A stretch of DNA of 64,000 nt from a virus (Duplodnaviria; Heunggongvirae; Uroviricota; Caudoviricetes). The stretch is taken from the IMG/VR virus record IMGVR_UViG_3300022187_000019. The stretch is one strand, 5' to 3'. Below the pieces are notes generated by a model. The model searched no databases. It had not been told where the DNA came from and saw nothing but the letters and a program-made list of their open reading frames with translations. Numbering within the stretch: the stretch's first letter is position 1; each line of letters starts with the position of its first letter. Shown piece after piece: positions 6,835-16,204 of this stretch. Both the position numbers and the translations under genes were made by a program.

Positions 6835-7401
6835 TCCTCACCCTTTCCGCCATCGTCCGTTGGCGTCCGAGTTATTACTCACCGCAATTCTAACTTGACA
6901 CCAACGACAGTTTCGATTATCTCTCCGCACCCATTCACCCGGCGGAGACGGACCATCACTACCATCTGCTATCGCGACGGCGTCCTCGCTGCCGATACCC
7001 TAATCGCCTATAACACCTACACAAATGGCCACCGGGACAAGATCGCCGAATGCGGCAATTACCTCGTCGCGCTGGCTGGTGCTGTCTGTTACCGGCGCAT
7101 TCTCGAAAAGTGGGTCAAGGACGGTTGTCATAGCGACGAAGTTCCGGCCGACCTTCTCAACAACACCTCCGAATTCTCCGCGCTGCTCGTCGATCGTGTT
7201 TCCGGCCGCGCCTATGAATTCGATGATGGACACCTCGTCCCGATCTATGCCGATTACACCGCAATCGGCTCCGGGACGATGCTGGCCCTCGGTGCGCTGG
7301 CCGCAGGGGCTACCGCCGAAGAGGCCGTCGAAGCAGCCTCGCTGCACGACAAGAACACAGGTGGCCCGGTGACCACCTACGATCTCAACCTCACCAAATA
7401 A
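6832..7401 (+). CDS. HslV/proteasome-type Ntn-hydrolase family peptidase (start uncertain)
   Basis: 189-aa ORF; TTICYRDGVLAADT...GHRDKIAE...LVALAGAV...AIGSG resembles the HslV Thr1 core. Confidence 0.5.
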   Translation: MSSPFPPSSVGVRVITHRNSNLTPTTVSIISPHPFTRRRRTITTICYRDGVLAADTLIAYNTYTNGHRDKIAECGNYLVALAGAVCYRRILEKWVKDGCHSDEVPADLLNNTSEFSALLVDRVSGRAYEFDDGHLVPIYADYTAIGSGTMLALGALAAGATAEEAVEAASLHDKNTGGPVTTYDLNLTK

Positions 7402-7408
7402 GGTCCTC

Positions 7409-10400
7409 ATGGCTCTATACACCAAATTCATCTGCGATCTGTTCGATCGCACGACCGGCGCGATCACCGTTTCCGATGCTGATGGGAACGAGTTCACGAG
7501 CGATGATCTCCTGCAAGTCGGCGCGTGGGCGTCAAATGCCAACGACCCGTGGATCGATCTGGTCACTGACACCGGCGATGCTGTCGGCATCTTCGTCGCG
7601 GGTAATCCCGACGTGGTCGAGCCTCAGCCTTCGTTCGACGTGTCCGGCGGTATGATCTACATGCTCGACGGCGATCCTGTCTCCGGGCAGAAGAGCGGCC
7701 TGCACCTGTGCCCGCTCTCGGTCTTCCTCGATAGCAAGGGCAAGGTCAATCTCGACGGCCTGAACTGGTATCTCCCGCAGGACCTCGACATCCAGACGCC
7801 GGGCACCATGACAAACATCACGCTCATGACCGGCCGCCGCCGCGATGAAGCGCAGGGCAAGTGGAAGGAGGTGTCCAGCACCTTCGGCCAGTTCGAGACG
7901 ATGTTGCAGGATCACAAGGAAGGCCAGAAGGACGGTCCCTGCTTCCTGCAAGGACAGTCCGCGAACGGTGCCCGCAAGGCCGTCGCCATGATCGCCAACC
8001 ACATCCTCGGCGTCGATCTCGACTCCGGTGCGCCGCTCGACGACGTGATGCGGACGATCCAGCAGCATGGTTTGGAGGCGGTGATCTACACCACCCACAG
8101 CCACCTCAAGAACACGTCGGTCATCAAGCGCGACCACTTCATGAAGTGGGCCGAGGCATCCGAGGTCGAAGAGGAAGCGGTCCGCGACTACCTGATCAAG
8201 AAGAAGGGTGTGCTGCCGGCGATCGTCGAGGAACTGACGATTCTGGATGACGCCCACCACTCGGAAGACGGCGTCGTCATCCTCGTCCAGCATAAGCCGA
8301 TGCCGAAGTTCCGTGCGGTATTTCCGCTCAAGGAAGCCTTCGTGTTCGCCAAGCGCGGCGGCTCGCAGAAGGATGCGATCGACGAGTGGAAGGAACGCTA
8401 TGCTGGCTTCTGCACCGCGCTCGATCTCTTCTTCGATGAGAAGTGCGTAGACCCTGCCCGCCTCTTCTACCTGCCCCGCCACGCCTCGAAGGACAAGGCG
8501 TTCGGTTCGTGGGTGGTCTGCGGCGAGCCGCTGGACCTCGACAAGTTCGACCGGGTCAAGATGCGCCGGGGCCGCGACAACAAGCGTAGCGCCGTGGCCA
8601 GCAACGCCTTCACGGCGGCCGGTGGAGCGGATGACGGCGACGAGGACGACGCAAACCGCTACATCACCAGCGGCGGTTTCAACCTCAAGGGCTGGTCGAT
8701 CAAGCACGCCAAGCGCTTCGATGTGCAGGCGATGCTTGAGGATGTGATCGGTGGCGACTTCATCCGCGAAGGCCGGGGTAACAAGGCCGGCGTCCACGTC
8801 GAATGCCCGTTCGAGGCCGAGCACTCCAGCTTCGGCGGCGGCGGCACCTTCGTGGTCAACGCTTCCGACAATCTGGAAGACGGCTATGAAGGCGGCTTCA
8901 CCTTCAACTGCACCCACAACGCCTGCTCCGGCCGCGATCGCCTCGACTACCTCAAGGAACTGATCGAGCAGGAATTGATCACGCCGGCCGACCTCACCAA
9001 CAAGGACTATCTGTTCGAACTGGAGGAGGACGAGGAAGAGGAGGAAGAGCCGGTCAAGCCGAAGAAGCCGACGCCGCGCGCCGACGCCCCTACGACCGAC
9101 GAGGCCGAGGAGCCGGAGTTCGAGGACGACGATCTTGACTTCGGCGATTCCGAGGAAACCATGCTGCGTGCGTTCAACCGGCGCTATGCAGTGATCCGCA
9201 CGTCCGGCGGCGTCAAGATTCTGGTGGAGCCGCGCTCCGCCGATGATGACGTGATCTTCGAAACGCAGGGAGACGTGAAGCTGTTCGAGAAGAACCGCGT
9301 GATCTGGATCGCCGAGGGCAAGCAGTCGAAGAAGCTGGCCGGGTTCGACCTGTGGCTGGAATGGGACAAGCGCCGCACCTACCGTCAGGTGGTGTTCGCT
9401 CCCGGCCGCCGCGTCGCCAAGGACATCTACAACCTGTTCCGTGGCTGGCCGTATGAGCCGGTCCCGACGACGTGGGAGAACATCCTCGACAACAAGGACG
9501 AACCGGTCGCCGGTGACTGGTCGATGCTGCGTGGTCACATCTACGAGAACATCTGCGAGTCGAACGACGAGTATTTCGAGTGGCTGATGACGTGGCTGGC
9601 GATGCTGTTCCAGAAGCCGGAGGCCAAGCCGGGTTCGACGCTGGTCATCACCGGCGGTAAGGGCACGGGTAAGTCCACCCTGTTCGACTTCATCAACAAG
9701 CTGCTTGGCTTCCACGGCATCACCGTGAGCCAGCGGAAGCAGATCGTCGGTCAGTTCAACGGCCACCTTGAAACCGCCCTGCTCATGGTCTGCGAAGAAG
9801 CCTTCTGGGCCGCTGACCCGCAGGCGGAAGGTGTCCTCAAGGACATGATCACCAACAAGTCGGTGCTGATCGAAAAGAAGGGCTATGACCCGATCCAGTC
9901 CGAGAACTACACGCGCCTCGCGCTGATCTCGAACAACGATTGGGTGGTCCCTGCCTCGCTCAAGGACGAACGTCGCTTCTTCGTGCTGCGCTGCTCGGAT
10001 GCCCGCCAAGGCGATCTGGAGTTCTTCGGCCTGATGCGCGAGCAGATGGACAAGAAGGGTGGCCTGCAAGCCATGCTGCACGACCTGCTCCACTGGAAGC
10101 CGGTCAAGGGCACCTTCGCCAGCCTGTTCACGCCGCCCAAGACCGACCACCTCCAGAAGCAGCAGATCGAGACGCTGTCGGGCGTGCAGAAGTTCATGCT
10201 CGAACTGGTCAAGTCCGGCCTTTACGAGACGAGCGACGAGAACCGTTTCCCGTCGATCGAACTGAACGACGATCGCGAGACGATGGTCTACGCCAAGGAC
10301 CTGCGAGCAGCGGTGTCGGATTATGTCCGCTTCTTGTTCTCGTCGGACAAGGCCAAGACCAGCTTCGACGACATCTCGACGGTGGTGGGCGACTGGTTCG

Positions 10401-10567
10401 GCGCTCGGGAGGTCAAGATGAAGCTTGACGGTCAGACCAACCAGAGCCGCGTGTTCATCTTCCCGCCGCTCTCGCAGGTCCGCGCCAACCTCAAGGAAAG
10501 CAAGGGACTCGACATCGAGATCATGTCCGAAGAGGACGTGAAGGCGATGAAGGTCCGGGGCCTTTAA
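7409..10567 (+). CDS. DNA primase / SF3 helicase (D5 / P4-alpha-like, possible prim-pol N-terminus)
   Basis: 1052 aa; Walker A VITGGKGTGKST; acidic linker. Confidence 0.85.
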   Translation: MALYTKFICDLFDRTTGAITVSDADGNEFTSDDLLQVGAWASNANDPWIDLVTDTGDAVGIFVAGNPDVVEPQPSFDVSGGMIYMLDGDPVSGQKSGLHLCPLSVFLDSKGKVNLDGLNWYLPQDLDIQTPGTMTNITLMTGRRRDEAQGKWKEVSSTFGQFETMLQDHKEGQKDGPCFLQGQSANGARKAVAMIANHILGVDLDSGAPLDDVMRTIQQHGLEAVIYTTHSHLKNTSVIKRDHFMKWAEASEVEEEAVRDYLIKKKGVLPAIVEELTILDDAHHSEDGVVILVQHKPMPKFRAVFPLKEAFVFAKRGGSQKDAIDEWKERYAGFCTALDLFFDEKCVDPARLFYLPRHASKDKAFGSWVVCGEPLDLDKFDRVKMRRGRDNKRSAVASNAFTAAGGADDGDEDDANRYITSGGFNLKGWSIKHAKRFDVQAMLEDVIGGDFIREGRGNKAGVHVECPFEAEHSSFGGGGTFVVNASDNLEDGYEGGFTFNCTHNACSGRDRLDYLKELIEQELITPADLTNKDYLFELEEDEEEEEEPVKPKKPTPRADAPTTDEAEEPEFEDDDLDFGDSEETMLRAFNRRYAVIRTSGGVKILVEPRSADDDVIFETQGDVKLFEKNRVIWIAEGKQSKKLAGFDLWLEWDKRRTYRQVVFAPGRRVAKDIYNLFRGWPYEPVPTTWENILDNKDEPVAGDWSMLRGHIYENICESNDEYFEWLMTWLAMLFQKPEAKPGSTLVITGGKGTGKSTLFDFINKLLGFHGITVSQRKQIVGQFNGHLETALLMVCEEAFWAADPQAEGVLKDMITNKSVLIEKKGYDPIQSENYTRLALISNNDWVVPASLKDERRFFVLRCSDARQGDLEFFGLMREQMDKKGGLQAMLHDLLHWKPVKGTFASLFTPPKTDHLQKQQIETLSGVQKFMLELVKSGLYETSDENRFPSIELNDDRETMVYAKDLRAAVSDYVRFLFSSDKAKTSFDDISTVVGDWFGAREVKMKLDGQTNQSRVFIFPPLSQVRANLKESKGLDIEIMSEEDVKAMKVRGL

Positions 10568-10583
10568 CTTTTCCCTTTCACGG

Positions 10584-10612
10584 TTGACGACAGTTTGGCG
10601 TTACATTATACC
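10584..10612 (+). promoter_or_regulatory. promoter TTGACG-17-TATACC
   Basis: family match; followed by a 13-aa upstream ORF and a 10-bp stem hairpin at 10692-10729 before rtcB. Confidence 0.5.
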
Positions 10613-10757
10613 GAGTCTCACTGAACGATGAAATCGGTAGACGAAACCAAGGAGATCATCATGAAGTGAATCGCACTGGCGTAGAGCCATCACAGAAATA
10701 TGTGGGCCGACGTAGAGGAAGCTATGTCGGCCCACCAAAAAAGAAGGAGACAAAGAC

Positions 10758-11999
10758 ATGCGCGTTCATCAGGTTGAGGACAGTTTCGGCCGCAAGAAGC
10801 TGGTCAAGCTGTGGGAGCCGGAGGGCTATCCGTTCGAGGCTGAGGCCATCCAGCAGATCGAGAACATGGCGCGGATGCCTTTCGTCCACAAGCACGTCGC
10901 CGTGATGCCTGACGCTCACGCCGGCAAGGGTTCGACCGTAGGCACCGTGATCGCCACCAAGGGCGCGATCGTCCCGGCGGCGGTCGGCGTCGATATTGGC
11001 TGTGGGATGATGGCGCTTCGCCTCTCCCTGACCGCCGACGATCTCCCGGACAGCCTATCCCATATCCGTGGGATGATCGAGGCGGCGGTTCCTCACGGTC
11101 GCGGAACCATGGATCAGATTCGTGGCGGGCGTGATCCCGGCTCATGGGGCAACCCGCCGGCCTCCGTCGTCGAGCGCTGGAAGTATCTGGAGAAGGGTTA
11201 TGACGCGATCATCGCCAAGCACCCTAAGATCGCCCAGCGTCGGCTTCCGACCCAGCATCTGGGATCGCTCGGCACCGGCAACCACTTCATCGAGCTTTGC
11301 CTCGACGAGGAGAACCGGGTCTGGGTGATGCTGCACTCCGGCTCGCGCGGTATCGGCAACGCGATCGGCACCTACTTCATCGAGAAGGCGAAGGAGGAGA
11401 TGCACCGCTATCACATCGCGGACTATCTGCCGGATCAGGACCTGTCCTATCTGGTAGAGCACACCGAGGTCTACGACGACTACTGCGAGGCGGTCGAGTG
11501 GGCACAGGAGTTCGCCATGGAGAACCGGAAGGAGATGATGGCGGCTGTCCTCCGGGTGCTGCGTCAGACCCTTCCCCCGTTCATGTCCGAGCAGATGGCG
11601 GTCAACTGCCACCACAACTATGTGACCCGAGAGTCGCACTACGGCGAGAATGTCTGGGTGACCCGCAAGGGTGCCGTGCAGGCTCGTGAGGGCACCTTGG
11701 GGATCATCCCCGGCTCCATGGGCACCGGCAGCTTCATCGTGGAGGGCAAGGGCAACCCGAACTCGTTCCACTCGTGCAGCCACGGAGCCGGGCGGACCAT
11801 GAGCCGGACCAAGGCCAAGGCGCTGATCACCATGGAGCAGCACGCCGAGGCCATGAAGGGGATCGAGGCCCGCCTTGATGCGGATGTGCTGGACGAGAGT
11901 CCGGCCGCCTACAAGCCGATCGGTGCGGTCATGGCCGCTCAGGACGATCTGGTCGAGATCAAGCACCGGCTCCGGCAGGTCTTGAACGTCAAGGGCTAA
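10758..11999 (+). CDS. rtcB: RNA-splicing ligase RtcB
   Basis: 413 aa; MPDAHAGKGS, NCHHN and HxH motifs; RBS AAGGAGA. Confidence 0.9.
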   Translation: MRVHQVEDSFGRKKLVKLWEPEGYPFEAEAIQQIENMARMPFVHKHVAVMPDAHAGKGSTVGTVIATKGAIVPAAVGVDIGCGMMALRLSLTADDLPDSLSHIRGMIEAAVPHGRGTMDQIRGGRDPGSWGNPPASVVERWKYLEKGYDAIIAKHPKIAQRRLPTQHLGSLGTGNHFIELCLDEENRVWVMLHSGSRGIGNAIGTYFIEKAKEEMHRYHIADYLPDQDLSYLVEHTEVYDDYCEAVEWAQEFAMENRKEMMAAVLRVLRQTLPPFMSEQMAVNCHHNYVTRESHYGENVWVTRKGAVQAREGTLGIIPGSMGTGSFIVEGKGNPNSFHSCSHGAGRTMSRTKAKALITMEQHAEAMKGIEARLDADVLDESPAAYKPIGAVMAAQDDLVEIKHRLRQVLNVKG

Positions 12000-12068
12000 C
12001 CCAGCGTCGCGGGGAGTTTCACGCTTCCCGCGCCTAGACAGGTATCCGTTTACCCCTCTGGTCGCAAG

Positions 12069-12524
12069 GTGGATATAATGATTATACGCTTCTCTGGCTG
12101 GTATTCGCGCGGATTATGCGACGAACTGCCTAATTTTACGTTTGTTTTTGGTGACAATCTGCTCGGATTTGGTAAAGGTGGTCAGGCCATAATCCGTGGC
12201 GCGTCGAATGCCTACGGCGTGCCGACCAAGCGGAAGCCTGCCATGACACCGGGGTCGTTTTTCGTTGAGGGAAACGAGTCCGATCTGGACGCCGTCCTGA
12301 ACAGTCTCGGCGGGCTATGGGACATTCTGGAAGAGCGGGGCACTGTCATTATTCCCGTCAACAAGATGGGAGATGTCAGTCTTGGCCTCGAACGTGCAGA
12401 ACTCCGCGAACGCGCCCCCTCGATCTACAATACGATCGTCCACCATGTCGAAGAAATGGCAGACGCCTTCGGCAGCTTCACCGCGCAAGACGCCGATGAA
12501 ATCCGTAACTGGTTCGGGCGCTGA
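12069..12524 (+). CDS. hypothetical protein
   Basis: 151 aa ORF directly after rtcB. Confidence 0.55.
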   Translation: MDIMIIRFSGWYSRGLCDELPNFTFVFGDNLLGFGKGGQAIIRGASNAYGVPTKRKPAMTPGSFFVEGNESDLDAVLNSLGGLWDILEERGTVIIPVNKMGDVSLGLERAELRERAPSIYNTIVHHVEEMADAFGSFTAQDADEIRNWFGR

Positions 12525-12837
12525 TCAGGCGCTGCGGACGCTGAGCAGCCTGATGCACTTCGGAAAGCGGAACCTCACCCTCCGTCATCTCAAGGTGCTG
12601 ATCGCAGTGGAAGCGCATATCCGCATGTCAGGCCAGAAGGCTTATCCCACGGTGGACCAGATCGCAGTCCTCATCAAACTCAAGGCAGGGAAATTCGAGA
12701 AGGAGCTAAACGATCTCGTCGAGCTTCGTTACCTTCACGAGATGTTCCCCACCTTCGGTCCTGTGATCAAAACCTACAAGCTGGGTCCCATGGGCGGCAC
12801 GTTCATCAAGAAGGCGCTCCCCCTTTCCCCAGACTAA
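12499..12837 (+). CDS. hypothetical protein, possible winged-helix
   Basis: frame continues past the 12524 stop; start chosen at MKSVTGSG; uncertain. Confidence 0.35.
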   Translation, partial: KSVTGSGADQALRTLSSLMHFGKRNLTLRHLKVLIAVEAHIRMSGQKAYPTVDQIAVLIKLKAGKFEKELNDLVELRYLHEMFPTFGPVIKTYKLGPMGGTFIKKALPLSPD

Positions 12838-12901
12838 ATCATTGACGAAGTGATTGAACAAATGGCCGCTCGAAGTGTTTTCTTCGAGCGGCCATTTGTG
12901 C

Positions 12902-12930
12902 TTGCCTTTTCACCTCACCAGTGATATACT
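12902..12930 (+). promoter_or_regulatory. promoter TTGCCT-17-TATACT
   Basis: followed by hairpin GGTGAACGGTTCACC and RBS AAGGTG. Confidence 0.55.
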
Positions 12931-12986
12931 AGCGCCTTCGTTTTCGGTGAACGGTTCACCGGTCTCATCTCACCGAAGGTGTCTCT

Positions 12987-13352
12987 ATGTTCCTCGTCTT
13001 TCTGGCGGCGATCAGCAGCGCTGTGTCCTTCCTGACTGGCCTCGTGGCGGTCGGGTCTGGGCAACATTTCCAATACGAGTGGCGGGACATTCTGAGCGGT
13101 CGGCGCAATGCCCTGCTCTACGTCTGGGTCACCTTCTCTTCGATCTTCGCGCTGGTGCAGACGGCTGCATTCATCAATTACGGCATCACCTATCAGGGGC
13201 GTTGCCATGAACCCGATCAGGTGGTTTGGTTGGTCCTGCACACCGGCCTCGCTCTCCTGCTGACAACCGCTCATCTCTTCATCCGTGGTGACCTCCAAAA
13301 GGGTCAAGCAAACTCGATCTACCTCTGGGGTCCTCGCAGTCATGCCGATTAA
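12987..13352 (+). CDS. membrane protein (3-4 transmembrane helices)
   Basis: 121 aa, hydrophobic. Confidence 0.55.
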   Translation: MFLVFLAAISSAVSFLTGLVAVGSGQHFQYEWRDILSGRRNALLYVWVTFSSIFALVQTAAFINYGITYQGRCHEPDQVVWLVLHTGLALLLTTAHLFIRGDLQKGQANSIYLWGPRSHAD

Positions 13353-13734
13353 CTTCTCCGATTCCGAACTCCAGCAGGCGGTCTGGCTGGGTTCTGGCGG
13401 CGCTCTGCTCGTCCTTCTCCAGTCGATCCTGTCTGGGGAGCGCCGTGTCTGGTGGCGTCTCCTGCTTTCGTGCATCATCGGCGGCGGTGCCGCTGTGCTG
13501 GCCGGCTCGATCTTCCACGACAGCCGCTATGTTTACGCGATCTGTGGCGTTGCCGCGATCATCTCCGAGAACATCATCTTCGGCCTCTTCAAGGCGTCGA
13601 ACGAGTTCAAGAACAACCCAATCGCCGTGTTCGCCGACATCTGGCGTCTGGTCATGCCGACCTTCGGCCGAGGCACTGACAAGCCGTCGAACCTCGGCAC
13701 GTCGTCGCGTGATGACGCACCGCCGGCCGGCTGA
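13342..13734 (+). CDS. membrane protein
   Basis: ATG at 13342 overlaps the upstream stop; hydrophobic. Confidence 0.45.
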   Translation: MPINFSDSELQQAVWLGSGGALLVLLQSILSGERRVWWRLLLSCIIGGGAAVLAGSIFHDSRYVYAICGVAAIISENIIFGLFKASNEFKNNPIAVFADIWRLVMPTFGRGTDKPSNLGTSSRDDAPPAG

Positions 13735-13764
13735 TCTCTCCCCTTCCCACACCCCAGCGTTGAG

Positions 13765-13797
13765 CGCCTTCGGTAGAAATACCGAGGGCGTTTTTCG
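13765..13797 (+). terminator. rho-independent terminator
   Basis: CGCCTTCGG...CCGAGGGCG followed by TTTTTCGTTT. Confidence 0.6.
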
Positions 13798-13798
13798 T

Positions 13799-13827
13799 TT
13801 GACAAATCTTCCGGTCCGACTTACCCA
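13799..13827 (+). promoter_or_regulatory. promoter TTGACA-17-TACCCA
   Basis: spacer AATCTTCCGGT is the reverse complement of the conserved − strand spacer CCGGAAGATT. Confidence 0.45.
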
Positions 13828-13861
13828 AACCTTCTCATCAACCAATCTGTGGAGGAAGTCT

Positions 13862-14173
13862 ATGACATCAATCCCGTCTCCCCCTCTGGAGCACGGCAAC
13901 TGCCCAAGCTGCGGTGTTTCGCTGGATGGTGGAGGCATCTGGGAATTCTTCTACCAGAAGGCGCTTTCCGAGGACGCTATGTCTCCACAAGAGGCGGAGG
14001 CCGAAGCGGATCGGATAGCGGCGCTGTATGGTGCGTCGCGATCGAAGGGTCGATTGGGGCTTGCATCTGCGATGGTTGTGAACGACAGGGTTCGGTCCTA
14101 CCACTGCGGAGAATGTCAACAAGCATGGGATTCAAATACGGGGACCCTTATCCAGTCGCAGGTGCCGGCATGA
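13862..14173 (+). CDS. zinc-ribbon protein (CPSC...CGEC)
   Basis: 103 aa, strong RBS GGAGGAAG. Confidence 0.55.
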   Translation: MTSIPSPPLEHGNCPSCGVSLDGGGIWEFFYQKALSEDAMSPQEAEAEADRIAALYGASRSKGRLGLASAMVVNDRVRSYHCGECQQAWDSNTGTLIQSQVPA

Positions 14174-14565
14174 CCGATCAGGTATCGGATGCCACTTCAC
14201 GCCTGCTGACGTGGATTGCTGCGGAGACCCCGAAGGGGTTTCCCACCAATTTCACACCCAAAGACCGGGCGTGTCTGGCAGCGGATGTGCTGACGCTAAT
14301 TGATGCGCTCGACATTCGCAAGGTCCATCATGACAATTGTCTGGAATATGCTCCTTATACCAATGAGATATACGTCTATCTCGCTTGGGCGCTGACCCCG
14401 GACAAATGCACGCTGGTCGCGGTAGCCACCGACAAGGAGCACGCCGAAAGCACAAAGAAATCGGTCACGGATGCAGCAGCAGTTTTTCGTTGCGAGCGGG
14501 TGCGCCTCAACGAACCTCTCGGGGCGGGGAGACTTCAACAGGGAGGAATCGGTGGTCATGGCTGA
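14170..14565 (+). CDS. hypothetical protein
   Basis: ATGA overlap with the upstream stop; 131 aa. Confidence 0.5.
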   Translation: MTDQVSDATSRLLTWIAAETPKGFPTNFTPKDRACLAADVLTLIDALDIRKVHHDNCLEYAPYTNEIYVYLAWALTPDKCTLVAVATDKEHAESTKKSVTDAAAVFRCERVRLNEPLGAGRLQQGGIGGHG

Positions 14566-14791
14566 TGCCCGCACACCCGCACAGTCGGTCAAAGACTTCC
14601 GGGATCGCCACAAGATCGACCAGAGTCAGCTTGACCGGTTGATGGGGTTTTCCTCCGGCGGCCGGGCGACGCGTCGCTGGGAGGCTGAGGGCGCTCCTTA
14701 CTATGTGACGGTCCTCATGGCCTATGCGGACACCTACGGGCTGGGGAAGATGGAGGAATTGGCGGCAGCGCGCGAGCTTGCTCCCCAATAG
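14558..14791 (+). CDS. small HTH DNA-binding protein (Cro/XRE-like)
   Basis: RBS GGGAGGAA; DQSQLDRLMGFSSGG helix-turn-helix-like. Confidence 0.5.
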   Translation: MADARTPAQSVKDFRDRHKIDQSQLDRLMGFSSGGRATRRWEAEGAPYYVTVLMAYADTYGLGKMEELAAARELAPQ

Positions 14792-14820
14792 AAAACGCCC
14801 GGCGATTACCGGGCGTTTTT
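14792..14820. terminator. bidirectional rho-independent terminator
   Basis: AAAACGCCCGGCGATTACCGGGCGTTTTT between convergent genes. Confidence 0.8.
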
Positions 14821-15050
14821 CATTTCTCTTGGTAGATGTCCAGTATCCGGCCGAGGATGTGCCGGGCGACGCCAGCCTCGCTCGCCCCACCGGCGAGGAG
14901 CCGGGCCATGCTGGTATCCCAGCGCTCACCCCATTCCCAATTATACTGCTGGTCGAGCAGGTCGAGATCGCACAGACCGACGAGAGTGACCCACAGACGC
15001 CGTGCAGGGCCGTAATAGGGGCTGTTGGGGTTGTCGTAGGCGCGGGTCAA
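14820..15050 (-). CDS. hypothetical protein
   Basis: 76 aa, RBS GAGGAGGA. Confidence 0.55.
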   Translation of the reverse strand: MTRAYDNPNSPYYGPARRLWVTLVGLCDLDLLDQQYNWEWGERWDTSMARLLAGGASEAGVARHILGRILDIYQEK

Positions 15051-15376
15051 ACTTCGTCCTCCTCGCGCACCCAGAGCGCCACAGGCGGGATGCCATTACC
15101 GGATACCAGCAGGCGCAGCGGCTCGCCCTTGTTCAGCCGTTGAAGCTCCTCCTCCGTCGGCACCCATTCGGACAGGAACGCCGGATAGACATCCTCGCCG
15201 GAGGGCAGCGGACTCCGCACGACGCGGACTGCCGGCTCATACAGAACGTCGCCGGTGACGCCGACGCGGCGGGTGGCCAGCACCGAACAGTCCTCGTCCT
15301 TCCAGCCTTCCGGCTTGCCGAAGACGATGTAGTGGTTGGGCGCGTCGGGATGCGGCCCAATATCAACAGGTATCAT
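15047..15376 (-). CDS. hypothetical protein
   Basis: 109 aa, RBS GAGGAAA, ATGA overlap. Confidence 0.55.
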   Translation of the reverse strand: MIPVDIGPHPDAPNHYIVFGKPEGWKDEDCSVLATRRVGVTGDVLYEPAVRVVRSPLPSGEDVYPAFLSEWVPTEEELQRLNKGEPLRLLVSGNGIPPVALWVREEDEV

Positions 15377-15627
15377 GTGATTTCCTCAGGTGACAGAAGG
15401 GTGAGGTGCGGGCTGCAAAGCTGGGGATCGCCCCGCTTGCCGGTCAGGATGCAGAAGACCGGGGCGAAAGGCTCCGGCGTCTGGCCGTCCAAGATGTCGG
15501 TGAACCGATCGCCAAGAGGCTCGATCCGCTGGAGCGTGATGTGGACCTCGACATCAACCGCTTCCACGAGGTGCGGTTCGCCATCCATGAGGACGATCTG
15601 GCCGGGCTGGAGGTCGGTGCTCTTCAC
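15373..15627 (-). CDS. hypothetical protein
   Basis: 84 aa, GTG start with GGAGGG. Confidence 0.5.
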   Translation of the reverse strand: MKSTDLQPGQIVLMDGEPHLVEAVDVEVHITLQRIEPLGDRFTDILDGQTPEPFAPVFCILTGKRGDPQLCSPHLTLLSPEEIT

Positions 15628-16157
15628 AGGACCCTCCGCTTGCGCTCTTCCAGCACAGCTTCCAGCGCCTCCGAGAAATCCTCAGGAAGGATGGCGACCG
15701 GGCGGTGGGTGAACTCGTTGCAGGTGACGGTGAAGCCGCTGTTGATCAGGGCGTTGACGATGCTCTTGTCCTGCTCAAACCGCGCGATGCGGGCCTGTTC
15801 GATGATGTCCATCATCTTGAGCATGTCGAACGCGACGTTCGTGTCGTCCGCGACGTTGGAGGTGGTGACGTTGGAGGTGGTGACGCTACCGAAGAAGGTG
15901 GCGTAGTCATTCGCGCGGAGCTTTTCCATGGCGCGCTGGATGTCTTCGCTCAGGGTGTCCCCATCAGCAGGGAGATCGTCGTAGATTTCCTTGAGCGTGC
16001 GGACGGAACCGGTCTTCATCTCCACGATGGCGGTCTTGTCCGCGTCTCCGGCGGGGTCCACCGCCATGAAGACATCGTCGGGAATGAATTTGCTCACTTT
16101 GACAGGCATCCCGAAAAGGGAATGGCCAGTCGATTCGTTGTAAACGGGAAAGGTCAT
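15624..16157 (-). CDS. hypothetical protein with internal VTTSN tandem repeat
   Basis: about 177 aa; 15-bp direct repeat at 15855-15885. Confidence 0.5.
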   Translation of the reverse strand: MTFPVYNESTGHSLFGMPVKVSKFIPDDVFMAVDPAGDADKTAIVEMKTGSVRTLKEIYDDLPADGDTLSEDIQRAMEKLRANDYATFFGSVTTSNVTTSNVADDTNVAFDMLKMMDIIEQARIARFEQDKSIVNALINSGFTVTCNEFTHRPVAILPEDFSEALEAVLEERKRRVL

Positions 16158-16204
16158 TCTCACCGCATAGTAAGAATGACCATGACTGTCAAGTTAGAAT
16201 TGCC

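Noticed and set aside
7532-10150. 872-aa − strand ORF
   Set aside because: Lies entirely antisense to the well-supported primase/helicase gene; low-complexity Arg/Ala/Gly-rich translation typical of a high-GC antisense frame.
13445-14565. Long ORFs 13445..14173 and 13849..14565
   Set aside because: N-terminal halves are Ser/Arg-rich read-through of neighbouring frames; trimmed to 13862..14173 and 14170..14565, which have strong RBS and coupling.
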